DNA of 64,000 bases from Myxococcota bacterium. Its GTDB lineage: Bacteria > Myxococcota_A > UBA796 > CAJQPC01. The notes below the pieces were generated by a model, which had not been told where the DNA came from, made no database searches, and saw only the letters and a program-made list of their open reading frames with translations. Where the stretch lies: the NCBI GenBank assembly GCA_036229005.1, contig JAZAMN010000031.1, forward strand, positions 229,647-293,646, given 5' to 3'. A program made the translations under genes and the position numbers. Of this stretch, positions 1 to 10,619 are shown piece by piece; within the stretch, counting starts at the first letter, position 1, and every line of letters starts with the position of its first letter.

Positions 1-2
1 TG

Positions 3-1115
<1,113 letters not shown>

Positions 1116-1208
1116 CAGGGGATTGACGCGCGGTGTACGGCATCTGTCGGCGCCGCTTGCGACCCCTGGCTCCAGCCGGGACAATGCGGCCACCAGCTCG
1201 GAGCCTCC

Positions 1209-1754
1209 ATGACCATCCTGCTCGCCCTCTCCCTCGTCGCCTGCAACAGCAGCGGCGCCGTCACTCTGGACGACAACAGCCTCACCAACAGCGATGACAC
1301 CGGGAGCGGCGACGACACCGGCAACGGCGGAGACGACACCGGCAACGGCGGCGACGACACCGGCGAGGTCCAGGTCGAGGAGCCCATCGTCTACAGCGGC
1401 CGCATCTGGGGGAACGTGCCCGACTGGGACGACTACACCTACTGCGAGGGCGAGATCGAGCTCAGCGTGGACCCCGACGGGCAGTTCAGCGCCGAGACCC
1501 GCTGCGAGGGCGACTGGGTCGAGCACGACGTCCGCCTGGAGGGCAGAGTCGACGACGAGGAGATCAGCGGCGTGGGCACCGTGGTGCTCGAGGGCCGCGA
1601 GGGCGAGACCTACGAAGAGGACGGCGAGCTGGAGGGCGACGCCGACGAGGAGGAGTTCGAGGGCGAGTTCGTGATCGAGGTCCGCATGGGCGGCGGTCCC
1701 GGCGGCAGCCGCGAGACCGAGGTCGAGTTCTTCGTCGAGCTCCAGGCCCAGTGA
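1209..1754 (+). CDS. Acidic hypothetical lipoprotein with DDTGNGG repeats
   Basis: MTILLALSLVAC lipobox, low-complexity linker, beta-rich acidic body; GTGA overlap with the next gene. Confidence 0.75.
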   Translation: MTILLALSLVACNSSGAVTLDDNSLTNSDDTGSGDDTGNGGDDTGNGGDDTGEVQVEEPIVYSGRIWGNVPDWDDYTYCEGEIELSVDPDGQFSAETRCEGDWVEHDVRLEGRVDDEEISGVGTVVLEGREGETYEEDGELEGDADEEEFEGEFVIEVRMGGGPGGSRETEVEFFVELQAQ

Positions 1755-3136
1755 GCCTGCTGCTGCTCCTGGCCGCCTGCGGCACCCCCGCCGACACCGG
1801 AACCTGGGTCGCTCCCGGGTGCGGCGACGGCGTCGTGGATGCCTCCGAGCAGTGTGACGCGGGCAGCGACAACTCCGACACCACGCCCGACGCCTGCCGA
1901 ACGGACTGCTCCCTGCCCACCTGCGGGGACGGCGTGGTCGACGCGGACGAGGGCTGCGAGGACGGCAACACCTGGGGCGCCGACGGCTGCAGCCCGAGCT
2001 GCCAGATCGAGGCCCTGCCCGGCGAGTCCGAGCCCAACGACCTGGACAGCCCCGAGACCTGGGACAGCGCCCGCATCGGCGCCCTCTCCGACGCCAACGA
2101 CCGCGACTGCTTCGCCGTGGACTCCCTCCAGGACAGCTACCTGAGCGCCCAGGCCCTGGGACCGGACGGCCTCTGCCCCGAGCTCGTGCTGGAGCTCTAC
2201 AGCCCCGAGGGCGCCCGCCTGGCCGTCGCCTCCCCCGGTGAGGGCCAGTCGCAGGAGGCCTGCACGCACCTCGACCCCACCCACGAGCCCGGCGCCCGCT
2301 TCCTGCAGGAGGGTGTCTGGACGGTGTGCGTGGCCCCCTGGAGGGAGCAGATCGTCTCCTCCTACCAGCTCGAGATCCAGCAGGGGGAGGACTCCTGCGC
2401 GCTGAAGCTCGATTGGCCCACCGCCGACGACATCGATCAGGACGGACTGATCGGAGCCTGCGACCCAGACGAGGACGGGGACGGGATCCTCGACACCGAC
2501 GACAACTGCCCCGAGATCCCCAACAGCGGCGACCCCGCCCCTCTGTTCGTGGACAGCAGCGGCTTCATCACCGACTGGCTGGTCCTGGGGCCGCTGGAGC
2601 TGGGCGCGAGCACCGACACCTGCCTGCCCACCGGGGACGCGCTCTCGCCAAGCGACAGTCAGTCCCGACCTGAGCTGGGGCAGGCGGAGCTGGACCGCAT
2701 CTGGACCTACCGGGGCGTGGGGTCCACGCTGGACTTCACGCGGCATCTGGGCGAGATCCCGGCCCCGCCGCGCGAGGCCTATGCCTTTGTCTGGATCAAG
2801 AGCGACAGCTCCCACCAGAAGACCCTGTCGGTGGGCGCGGACGACGGCGTTGTGGCCTGGTTCAACGGAAACCAGGTGCTGAGCGTGAGCACCTGTCAGG
2901 GCACCAATGCGGACCAGTTCCAGGCGACCGTGCAGTTCTACGGCGGCTGGAACAGCCTGCTCTTCAAGGTCTACGACCAGGGCGGCGGCTGGGGGCTCAA
3001 CGCGCGCTTTCTGGATGAAGGCAGCCCGTCGACCGACCTGGAGCTCAGCTTCGCCCCCACCACCTGGGCCCCCGACCAGAGCGACCAGGACGGCGACGGC
3101 ATCGGCGACGTCTGCGACGACACCCCCCAGGGCTGA
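1751..3136 (+). CDS. Secreted lipoprotein with Myxococcales Cys-rich (DUF4215-like) repeats, TSP3-like Ca-binding repeats and a PA14-like domain
   Basis: Two CGDG..E.C.D repeats, ESEPND motif, DxDxDG repeats, GADDG..WFNG segment. Confidence 0.75.
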   Translation: MSLLLLLAACGTPADTGTWVAPGCGDGVVDASEQCDAGSDNSDTTPDACRTDCSLPTCGDGVVDADEGCEDGNTWGADGCSPSCQIEALPGESEPNDLDSPETWDSARIGALSDANDRDCFAVDSLQDSYLSAQALGPDGLCPELVLELYSPEGARLAVASPGEGQSQEACTHLDPTHEPGARFLQEGVWTVCVAPWREQIVSSYQLEIQQGEDSCALKLDWPTADDIDQDGLIGACDPDEDGDGILDTDDNCPEIPNSGDPAPLFVDSSGFITDWLVLGPLELGASTDTCLPTGDALSPSDSQSRPELGQAELDRIWTYRGVGSTLDFTRHLGEIPAPPREAYAFVWIKSDSSHQKTLSVGADDGVVAWFNGNQVLSVSTCQGTNADQFQATVQFYGGWNSLLFKVYDQGGGWGLNARFLDEGSPSTDLELSFAPTTWAPDQSDQDGDGIGDVCDDTPQG

Positions 3137-3184
3137 GCCCCGCGCGTGACCTCTGCGGCCCTCGTGGTTAAGCCTTGGGAGCGC

Positions 3185-3261
3185 GCCCCCGTAGCTCAGC
3201 TGGATAGAGCAACCGCCTCCTAAGCGGTAGGCCACAGGTTCGAATCCTGTCGGGGGTGCCA
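3185..3261 (+). tRNA. tRNA-Arg, anticodon CCT
   Basis: Acceptor stem GCCCCCG/CGGGGGT, D arm TAGCTCAGCTGGATAGAGC, anticodon arm ACCGC-CTCCTAA-GCGGT, T loop GGTTCGAATCC, encoded CCA end. Confidence 0.97.
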
Positions 3262-3353
3262 CTTCCCTGGCCCTGGCCCGGTCGGTCCCTCGGGGACCCG
3301 GCCCCCTCCCGCGACCCCGGCCTCGAGAAGCCCTTCTCGCCCCCGGAGTCCCC

Positions 3354-4646
3354 ATGGCCCTCTCAATCCTGCTCGTAGTGGTCGCCTTGGCGCTGGCCGC
3401 TGCGCTGGCCTTCCACCCCCGCCTGCGCGGCTCCGAGGCCTGGCAGGCCACCGTGGTCCCCCTGGCCTCCATCATGGGCAGCGGCTTCCTGGTCAGCGCA
3501 CCCCTGCTGGGCCAGGCGGTGGGTCGCTGGGCCATGCCGTCCATGGCCGCCCTGCTCGCCGTCGCCTTCGCCCTGGGCCACGTCATCCGCTTCAACATCC
3601 AGTACGCCGAGCCCCGCGAGGCCAAGGCCTCCCCCCGCCGAGCGGGCGACCACCGCCTCCAGCACGCCCACGGCGCCACCAGCGACGCCCACCGCGACGC
3701 CGCCCCGCACGCCGCGAACACCGTCGAGCGCATCAGTCACCTCGGCCTCGCGCTCGCCTACGTCGTGACCATCGCCTACTACCTCAAGCTGCTCGCCGCC
3801 TTCGCCCTCTCCCAGATCGGCGTGGAGGCCGCCTGGGCCGCCCCCGCTCTGGCCAGCGGCATCCTGGCCGGCCTGACCCTCACCGGGCTCGCCTTCGGGC
3901 TGGGGCTGCTGGAGAAACTGGACCGCTACGCCATCGCCCTGAACTTCGGCGTGATCGCCGCCATCCTGCTGGGCCTGCTCGTCTACAACGGGCGCCTGCT
4001 GGCCGCCGGACAGTGGGCCCTGCCTCCCCAGGTCCAGATCGACGCCCCCACCCAGACCCTCCGGGTGCTCATGGGCCTGCTGATCGTGGTCCAGGGCTTC
4101 GAGACCTCGCGCTTCCTGGGCTCCGAGCACAGCGCCGCCCTGCGGGTGCGCTCCATGCGGTGGGCCCAGCTCCTCTCCAGCGCCATCTACGTGCTCTTCC
4201 TCGGTCTCATCACCGCGCTCTTCCAGGGCGGCGGGTCCCAGGACGCCGACGTCACCGCGGTCATCGCCCTGCTCAAGCCCGTGGCCCCCGTGCTGCCCCT
4301 GCTCGTGCTGGTCGCCGCCATCTTCAGCCAGTTCAGCGCCGCCGTCGCCGACGACTCCGGAAACGTCGGCCTGGTCCGCTCCATGCTGGGCCCCAAGGTC
4401 CCGAGCTGGGTCCCCTACCTGCTCATCGGTGGGCTCGCCGCCGGCATCATCTGGGGCACCGACCCCGTCCAGGTCATCGCCTGGGCCTCCCGCGCATTCG
4501 CGGCGTTCTACGCCCTTCAGTGCGTGGTCGCCGTGCTCACGGTCGCGCGCGTCCAGGTCTCCCGCCCGCGCCTCCGTCAGGTCGCCTACAGCGTCCTCGG
4601 GGTCGTCTCGCTGGCCGTCGCGGTGTTCGGTGTGCCGGCGGGCTGA
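3354..4646 (+). CDS. Multi-pass membrane transporter, probably APC superfamily
   Basis: About 11-12 hydrophobic segments, LASIMGSGF (GSG motif) and VQGFETSR. Confidence 0.7.
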   Translation: MALSILLVVVALALAAALAFHPRLRGSEAWQATVVPLASIMGSGFLVSAPLLGQAVGRWAMPSMAALLAVAFALGHVIRFNIQYAEPREAKASPRRAGDHRLQHAHGATSDAHRDAAPHAANTVERISHLGLALAYVVTIAYYLKLLAAFALSQIGVEAAWAAPALASGILAGLTLTGLAFGLGLLEKLDRYAIALNFGVIAAILLGLLVYNGRLLAAGQWALPPQVQIDAPTQTLRVLMGLLIVVQGFETSRFLGSEHSAALRVRSMRWAQLLSSAIYVLFLGLITALFQGGGSQDADVTAVIALLKPVAPVLPLLVLVAAIFSQFSAAVADDSGNVGLVRSMLGPKVPSWVPYLLIGGLAAGIIWGTDPVQVIAWASRAFAAFYALQCVVAVLTVARVQVSRPRLRQVAYSVLGVVSLAVAVFGVPAG

Positions 4647-4679
4647 GTGGTAGCCTGCGAGCTCTCTGACGAGGTCCCC

Positions 4680-6218
4680 ATGCCCCTCTGGCTCGCCCTG
4701 TTCGCCTGCAATGGCGGCGCCCCCGACCCCAGCGACGACACCCAGCCGGTCACCGATGACAGCGGCGTCACCGACGACAGCGGCGACACCGGACAGGTGC
4801 ACGGGGCGGTCACCCTGGTGCTCAGCGCCCCCGCCCTGCTGCGCCTCGATGTCGCCGGGCAGGCCTCCGCGGAGCTCGCCTGCGCGGTGTTCGTGGACGG
4901 CGCCCGCACGGCCGACACCCCCACCCTGAGCGTGAGCGGAAACGGCAGCCTGGACGGCAACCTGCTCAGCGTCAGCGAGAGCGGCCAGAGCGTCCTGGAG
5001 TGCAGCTTCGGCGGCGAGCAGGTCAGCGCCACCGTCGTCACCTCGGGCACTTGGGTGGACAGTAGCTGGTCGGAGCTCGCCCAGACCTACGCCTCCTCCC
5101 TGGACGCCATGGTCCAGCTCAGCGAGGCCCAGTCCCAGGGCGACGAGACCTGGAGCGCCGCCCTGGAGACCCTGCGCGCAGACCTCGCCCGCATGGAGGC
5201 CCAGGCCACCTACAACGACCCCGTGATCTGGAACATCCCCGGCGGCTACCCCGACGCCAGCACCGTGGAGTCCGCCGGCTACCCCGCCTCCGAGGACGAC
5301 GCGGCGGCGATGGCCCAGCTCACTGCGTTGAACACCGCCCTGGATGCCTACGTGCTCGCCATCGAGGGGCTGGACCTGGACACCGAAGGCGAGGACACCC
5401 TGGCCGACGTCGAGCGCGCGCTGGACGACCTGGACGCCGCCGTCGCCGCCTCCCTGGAGCTGCAGGTCTCCGTCTCCGGCGGTCTGGCCCTGCGCGAGGC
5501 CATGAGCGCCCACCTCAACGAGCACCTGCTCCCCGCGATGATGGCCGGCCCCCGCAAGATCGTCGAGGCCACCAACCCCGGCGTCGCGCCGCCCCCCTTC
5601 GCCCTGACCAGCATGCTCGGCCTTAGCAGCATGCTCGGTGTGCGCGGCAAGCTCATCGAGAGCTGGTACGGCCCCGCGATCGACTGGATCGCCGGCGCCG
5701 TGGACACCCTGGCCAAGGTCAAGCTCATCGACGCGGTGTGGGCCCCCAGCGCCACCGGCCCGGAGATCTGGAGCGTCAACTTCGGCAACTACGCCATCTA
5801 CGAGGGCAACGCGCTCACCATCAACGGCGAGGGCTTCGCCGACCAGGCCGACCTCAACCAGATCCTCTTCGTCCAGCAGGGCTTCGTCACCGAGGCCCTG
5901 GGGCTCTTCGGTGACTGCAAGGACGCCTGGGAGGCCAGCACCGGCGAGTCCGTCGACTACTTCGACGCGGTCGACAAGATCGACGGCTGCGTGGACAGCC
6001 TCGTGGGCGCGCTCACCGACGACCCCAAGGCCAGCATGGGCACCGGCAGCATGGGCGACGGGCAGGAGTACCTGGGGCTCTACGGCGACCAGTACTTCTC
6101 CGTCGGCGTGCCCCCCGTGACCTACTCCGGCGACTGGGTGGACCTGGTCGTGATGATCCCCGTGAACCTGGCCACCGGCGAGCGCGGCGAGAGCCACGGA
6201 GTGCTGCTGTACCCCTGA
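4680..6218 (+). CDS. Hypothetical acidic lipoprotein
   Basis: ATG at 4680 after GAGG; MPLWLALFAC lipobox; DDSG/DDT linker; coding-like codon bias. Confidence 0.7.
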   Translation: MPLWLALFACNGGAPDPSDDTQPVTDDSGVTDDSGDTGQVHGAVTLVLSAPALLRLDVAGQASAELACAVFVDGARTADTPTLSVSGNGSLDGNLLSVSESGQSVLECSFGGEQVSATVVTSGTWVDSSWSELAQTYASSLDAMVQLSEAQSQGDETWSAALETLRADLARMEAQATYNDPVIWNIPGGYPDASTVESAGYPASEDDAAAMAQLTALNTALDAYVLAIEGLDLDTEGEDTLADVERALDDLDAAVAASLELQVSVSGGLALREAMSAHLNEHLLPAMMAGPRKIVEATNPGVAPPPFALTSMLGLSSMLGVRGKLIESWYGPAIDWIAGAVDTLAKVKLIDAVWAPSATGPEIWSVNFGNYAIYEGNALTINGEGFADQADLNQILFVQQGFVTEALGLFGDCKDAWEASTGESVDYFDAVDKIDGCVDSLVGALTDDPKASMGTGSMGDGQEYLGLYGDQYFSVGVPPVTYSGDWVDLVVMIPVNLATGERGESHGVLLYP

Positions 6219-6256
6219 GTGATGGGCGCCAGGGTGATGAGCCCCTGAGTGATGGG
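6212..6256. repeat. Three tandem 15-bp units spanning a stop codon
   Basis: CCCCTGAGTGATGGG / CGCCAGGGTGATGAG / CCCCTGAGTGATGGG. Confidence 0.7.
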
Positions 6257-6296
6257 CAGGGCCCCAAAGCGACCCGCGGTCAGCTAAGCTCCCGCC

Positions 6297-8561
6297 ATGC
6301 TCAGCCCAAGCTCCCTGATCCTCCTTCTGTCCAACCTTCTCGGCTGCCGCGTGGACGCCGAGGACACCCCGCAGACGGTCTCCGACGCCTTCAAGGTGCG
6401 CGGCTCCGTCGAGCAGATCCACGTGTGGGCGGCCGAGCCCGACACGGAGATCGAGCTGGTGGATTCCAGCGGGGAGCTCGTGGCCTCCGGGACCACCGAC
6501 TACCAGGGCAGCCTGATCCTGCGGGAGCTGGAGCCGGGGGTGGACTTCACGGTGCGCCTGGCGGACGACCCCAGCGAGCTCACCGACATGCTGGAGATCC
6601 TGGACTTCGAGGACTCCGTCCCGCCCCAGTCCTTCTACGAAGAGCAGATCCTGGAGCCCGGCAACGGCTACATCACCATGCGCGATGGCACCCAGCTCGC
6701 CTACTACATCTACCTGCCCGGCCCCATCGACGAGGGCCCCTACCCCACCCTGGTCAACTACTCCGGGTACACCCCCAGCGAGCCCGGCGCGTCGCTGGGA
6801 GAGGCCGTCGAGCCCTACTGCGACCTCTACCCCATCCTGTGCGACGCCCCCTCCTTCCCCACCGGCATCATCGGCGGGCTGATGGGCTACGCGGTGGTCG
6901 GCGTGAACATGCGCGGCACGGGCTGCTCCGGGGGCGCCTACGACTACTTCGAGCCCCTGCAGATCACCGACGGCTACGACATCATCGAGGCCGTCGCCGC
7001 CCAACAGTGGGTCAAGCACAACCACGTGGGCATGGCCGGCCTGAGCTTCCCCGGCATCTCCCAGCTCTTCGTCGCCCAGGCCCAGCCCCCCAGCCTGGCC
7101 GCCATCACGCCCTTCTCCGTGATCGGCGACACCATGTCCTCCACCCTCATCCCCGGCGGCATCTTCAACGAGGGCTTCGCCGAGGAGTGGTACGACGCGG
7201 TGCTCTCCAAGGCCGCCCCCTACGGCCACGACTACATCCAAGAGGTCGTGGACGCCGGCGACAGCGTCTGCGAGGAGAACCAGCTCCTCCACTCCCAGAT
7301 GCTCAACCGCATCGACCTCGCCAAGGAGCACCCCTTCTACGACGACGAGCTCGCCAAGCCCATCGATCCCAGCGCCTTCGCCGACCAGATCCAGGTGCCC
7401 ATCTACCTGGCCGGCCAGTGGCAGGACGAGCAGACCGGCCCGCACTTCCCCGCGCTGTTCACCAAGCTCGAGAACACCCCGGTCAAGCGCTTCACCGTCA
7501 CCAACGGCGTGCACATCGACGGCTTCTCCCCCCAGAACCTGGTGGAGTGGAAGACCTTCCTGGACCTCTACGTCTCCCAGGAGATACCGGAGATCCCCAA
7601 GGCCTTCGACATCTTCGCCCCCCTGTTCATGGAGGCCGTCTACGGCACCGAGCTGAGCATGCCGGACGGCCGCTTCGACGACTACGCCACCTACGGCGAG
7701 GCCCTGGCCGCCTACGAGGCCGAGGGCGAGCTGCGGGTCATCTTCGACTCCGGCGCCCCCGAGGGCGTGGCGCCCGGAGCCCCCGAGGGCACCTGGGAGA
7801 TGCGCTTTGAGAGCTGGCCGCCCCCCCAAGCCGTCGCCGAGCGCTGGTACCTGCAGCCGGACGGCACGCTGTTGTCCTCGCCTGCGGCCGAGAGCGGTGG
7901 CAGCTCGAGCTGGGAGCACGATGCCCAAGCCGGTGAGCGCATCAGCCTCGCGAGCGGCTCCGTCGATCCTCTCCAGCCCAACTGGGACTGGCAGGCCCCC
8001 CAGGAGGGCATGGCGCTCTCCTTCCTCACGCCGCCTCTGGAGGAGGACCTGGTCGTGGTCGGCCACGGCAGCGTCGACCTCTACCTGATGACCGAGCAGA
8101 CCGACGCCGACATCGAGGTCTCCATCACCGAGGTCACCCCCGACGGCGACGAGATCCTGGTCCAGCACGGCTGGCTGCGCGCCTCCCACCGCGCCCTCCG
8201 CGAGGACGCCACCGAGACCCGCCCCGTCAAGACCCACCGCCAAGAGGACATCGCGCCCCTCACCCCCGGCGAATGGACCCTGGTGCGCGTCGAGGTCATG
8301 CCCTTCTCCCACGCCTTCCGCGCCGGCTCCCAGCTCCGCCTGAGCATCGACACTCCCGGCGACAACATGGCCCGCTGGCGCTTCGATCTCCTGGACCTCC
8401 CTGAAGGCACCCTCAACCACGTCGCCCACGACGCGGCGTACCCTTCCAGCCTGGTGCTCTCGGTGATCCCCGACATCGTCATCCCCACCGAGCTCCCCGA
8501 CTGCGCGGATCTGCGCGGTCAGCCCTGCCGCGAATACGCCCCCATCCAGAACCTGGAGTAG
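6297..8561 (+). CDS. CocE/NonD family alpha/beta-hydrolase, exported lipoprotein
   Basis: LLGC lipobox; YITMRDGTQL, NMRGTGCSGG, nucleophile elbow GLSFPG; C-terminal PepX-like domain (HAFRAGSQLRLSI). Confidence 0.88.
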   Translation: MLSPSSLILLLSNLLGCRVDAEDTPQTVSDAFKVRGSVEQIHVWAAEPDTEIELVDSSGELVASGTTDYQGSLILRELEPGVDFTVRLADDPSELTDMLEILDFEDSVPPQSFYEEQILEPGNGYITMRDGTQLAYYIYLPGPIDEGPYPTLVNYSGYTPSEPGASLGEAVEPYCDLYPILCDAPSFPTGIIGGLMGYAVVGVNMRGTGCSGGAYDYFEPLQITDGYDIIEAVAAQQWVKHNHVGMAGLSFPGISQLFVAQAQPPSLAAITPFSVIGDTMSSTLIPGGIFNEGFAEEWYDAVLSKAAPYGHDYIQEVVDAGDSVCEENQLLHSQMLNRIDLAKEHPFYDDELAKPIDPSAFADQIQVPIYLAGQWQDEQTGPHFPALFTKLENTPVKRFTVTNGVHIDGFSPQNLVEWKTFLDLYVSQEIPEIPKAFDIFAPLFMEAVYGTELSMPDGRFDDYATYGEALAAYEAEGELRVIFDSGAPEGVAPGAPEGTWEMRFESWPPPQAVAERWYLQPDGTLLSSPAAESGGSSSWEHDAQAGERISLASGSVDPLQPNWDWQAPQEGMALSFLTPPLEEDLVVVGHGSVDLYLMTEQTDADIEVSITEVTPDGDEILVQHGWLRASHRALREDATETRPVKTHRQEDIAPLTPGEWTLVRVEVMPFSHAFRAGSQLRLSIDTPGDNMARWRFDLLDLPEGTLNHVAHDAAYPSSLVLSVIPDIVIPTELPDCADLRGQPCREYAPIQNLE

Positions 8562-8564
8562 CCC

Positions 8565-10502
8565 TTGTCCGAGCGCCCCATCGTCTTTGTCCTGGGGGCT
8601 CCGCGCAGCGGCACCACCCTGCTGCGCGTGATGCTCGCCGGCCACCCCCTGCTCTTCGCGCCCCCCGAGATGGTCCTGGGATCCTTCGAGACCATGGCCC
8701 AGCGCTCCGCCATGTTGGAGCAGCGCTTCTGGGACAAGGGGGGCCTGCGGCGCGCTCTGATGGAGCTGCGTGGGCTCACCGTCCAGGACGCCAAGGCCGC
8801 CGTCGCATCCCTGGAGGATCGCTCCACCGTCGAGGTCTACTCGATGCTCCAGCAGGAGCTGGGTGAGCGCATCCTGGTCGACAAGGACCCCCGCCTCTCG
8901 GTGCCCGACGGCTCGCTGGAGCGCCTGCAGAAGGCCTTCCCCAACGCCCGCTACGTCTGGATCGTGCGCAACCCCGCGTCCGTCACCCGCAGCCTCCAGA
9001 ACATGCCCATGGCCGAGGTCATGCTCCAGGGCTTCGCCGCCGAGCCCGACCAGATCTGGGAGGTCTGCAACCGCCGCATCGGCGACTTCCTGGCCGGCGT
9101 CCCTCAGGACCGCTGGGCCCGCATCCAGTACGAGGACCTGGTGCTCGACCCCGAGCCCTCCCTGCGCCGGGCCGCCGCCGCCATGGGCGTGGACTACGAC
9201 GACGCCATGTCCCGCCCCTACGAAGGCGACGACCGCATGCGCACCGGCCCCAAGGGCGCCCGCGCCATCGGCGATCCCAACATGGCCGGCCGCGGAAAGC
9301 TGGATCCCAGCCTGACCACCAAGTGGCTGGAGGGCTTCGACCACCGCAAGGCCTCGGCCGGCACCAAGGAGCTGGCGCTCTCCTACGGCTACGACCTGGA
9401 GAGCATCCCCCTGCCCAAGGTCACGCGGATCGATCAGGCCCTCACGGCTCTGTGGTCCACCGCCCAGGGCCTCTTCTCCCAGCTCGACCTGGCTCAGGAT
9501 CTGGACGCCGTCGAGGGCAGGCGTTTCTTGACCCGCATGGTCGGCGCGTCCCTGGAGCAGATGACCGAGCAGGTGGACCCCGACCACCCCATCTTCCACC
9601 ACGCCGAGGGCCCCACTCGGAAGATGTTCGCGGACAACCCGGACACCGACTACCACCGGGCCGTCATCCGCACCGGCCAGGGGCAGGTCTACCGCATCAC
9701 CGGCCGCGTGCCGCCCGGCAGCACCTACGTCGGCATGCTCCTGTACCGGCGCGGGGGGCGCATCGGGAACCGCCTGGTCGACCAGGGCCTGGGGCTGGAC
9801 GCCGAAGGCCGCTTCACGGTCCTCGTCTGCACCGAGCAGCCCACAGAGGCTGGGACCTGGCTGCAGGCTGATGGCGATGAGATCGCGGTGTTCGTGCGCC
9901 AGTACTTCCTCTCCCGAGAGGAGGAGGCCCCCGTGGAGCTGCAGATCGAGCGCCTCGGAGCCCCCGCGCCCCAGCCCCTGAGCGTGGAGACCTACGCCAA
10001 GGGCGTGGAGCGCGCCGAGCGCATGCTCAAGGCCGTGTTCGAGCGCACCCTGCAGGCCAACAAGATGGTCGCGGGCATGGCGCTCAACCGCTTCATCCAG
10101 ATCCCCGGCGAGAGCCTCTTCCCGACCCCCGACAACACCTACCAGGTGTGCTGGTACCGCTTCGGACAGGACCAGGTCATGCTCGTGCGCGGCAAGCTCC
10201 CGACGGCCCGCTACTTCAACCTCTCCCTCTGCAACGCGTGGATGGAGAGCCTGGACTACCAGCGGCACACCGTCGCGCTCAACGCCCGCCAGCTCCTCTG
10301 TGCACCCGATGGCACCTTCGAGGTCTGCCTGGCCCACCGCGACCCCGGCCACCCCAACTGGCTGGACACCACCGGGCACCACGCCGGCTACCTGCTCTCG
10401 CGCAGCCTGCTGCTGGACGGCGCGGCGCCCGAGTTCGAGATCCAGGTGATGTACGAGAAGGAGTGGGCCGAGGAGAAGGCCCGCCGGCAAGGGCAGGGCT
10501 GA
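8565..10502 (+). CDS. Sulfotransferase fused to a DUF1214-type domain
   Basis: PAPS-binding GAPRSGTTLL, VDKDP and VRNP motifs in the N-half; DNPDTDY..YRITG and DPGHPNWLDTTGH in the C-half; TTG start 3 nt after the upstream stop. Confidence 0.85.
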   Translation: MSERPIVFVLGAPRSGTTLLRVMLAGHPLLFAPPEMVLGSFETMAQRSAMLEQRFWDKGGLRRALMELRGLTVQDAKAAVASLEDRSTVEVYSMLQQELGERILVDKDPRLSVPDGSLERLQKAFPNARYVWIVRNPASVTRSLQNMPMAEVMLQGFAAEPDQIWEVCNRRIGDFLAGVPQDRWARIQYEDLVLDPEPSLRRAAAAMGVDYDDAMSRPYEGDDRMRTGPKGARAIGDPNMAGRGKLDPSLTTKWLEGFDHRKASAGTKELALSYGYDLESIPLPKVTRIDQALTALWSTAQGLFSQLDLAQDLDAVEGRRFLTRMVGASLEQMTEQVDPDHPIFHHAEGPTRKMFADNPDTDYHRAVIRTGQGQVYRITGRVPPGSTYVGMLLYRRGGRIGNRLVDQGLGLDAEGRFTVLVCTEQPTEAGTWLQADGDEIAVFVRQYFLSREEEAPVELQIERLGAPAPQPLSVETYAKGVERAERMLKAVFERTLQANKMVAGMALNRFIQIPGESLFPTPDNTYQVCWYRFGQDQVMLVRGKLPTARYFNLSLCNAWMESLDYQRHTVALNARQLLCAPDGTFEVCLAHRDPGHPNWLDTTGHHAGYLLSRSLLLDGAAPEFEIQVMYEKEWAEEKARRQGQG

Positions 10503-10619
10503 GGGGGGATTCCGCTCCTGCAAGACGCCCCCGCTGAGTCGTGGGGGCTGCCTGTAATGCGCTGAAACGATGCGCCGAAGGCACATGCAGTACGGTGGCC
10601 GGCTGACGAGGAGGGGCCC

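Noticed and set aside
3185..3353. tRNA-Arg as integration site of an island or prophage
   Set aside because: No integrase nearby, no repeat of the tRNA 3' end noticed in the window, and downstream genes have host-like composition.
10503..10619. Possible riboswitch or small RNA in the intergenic region
   Set aside because: Only short GC hairpins; no recognisable aptamer consensus. An Rfam search would be needed.
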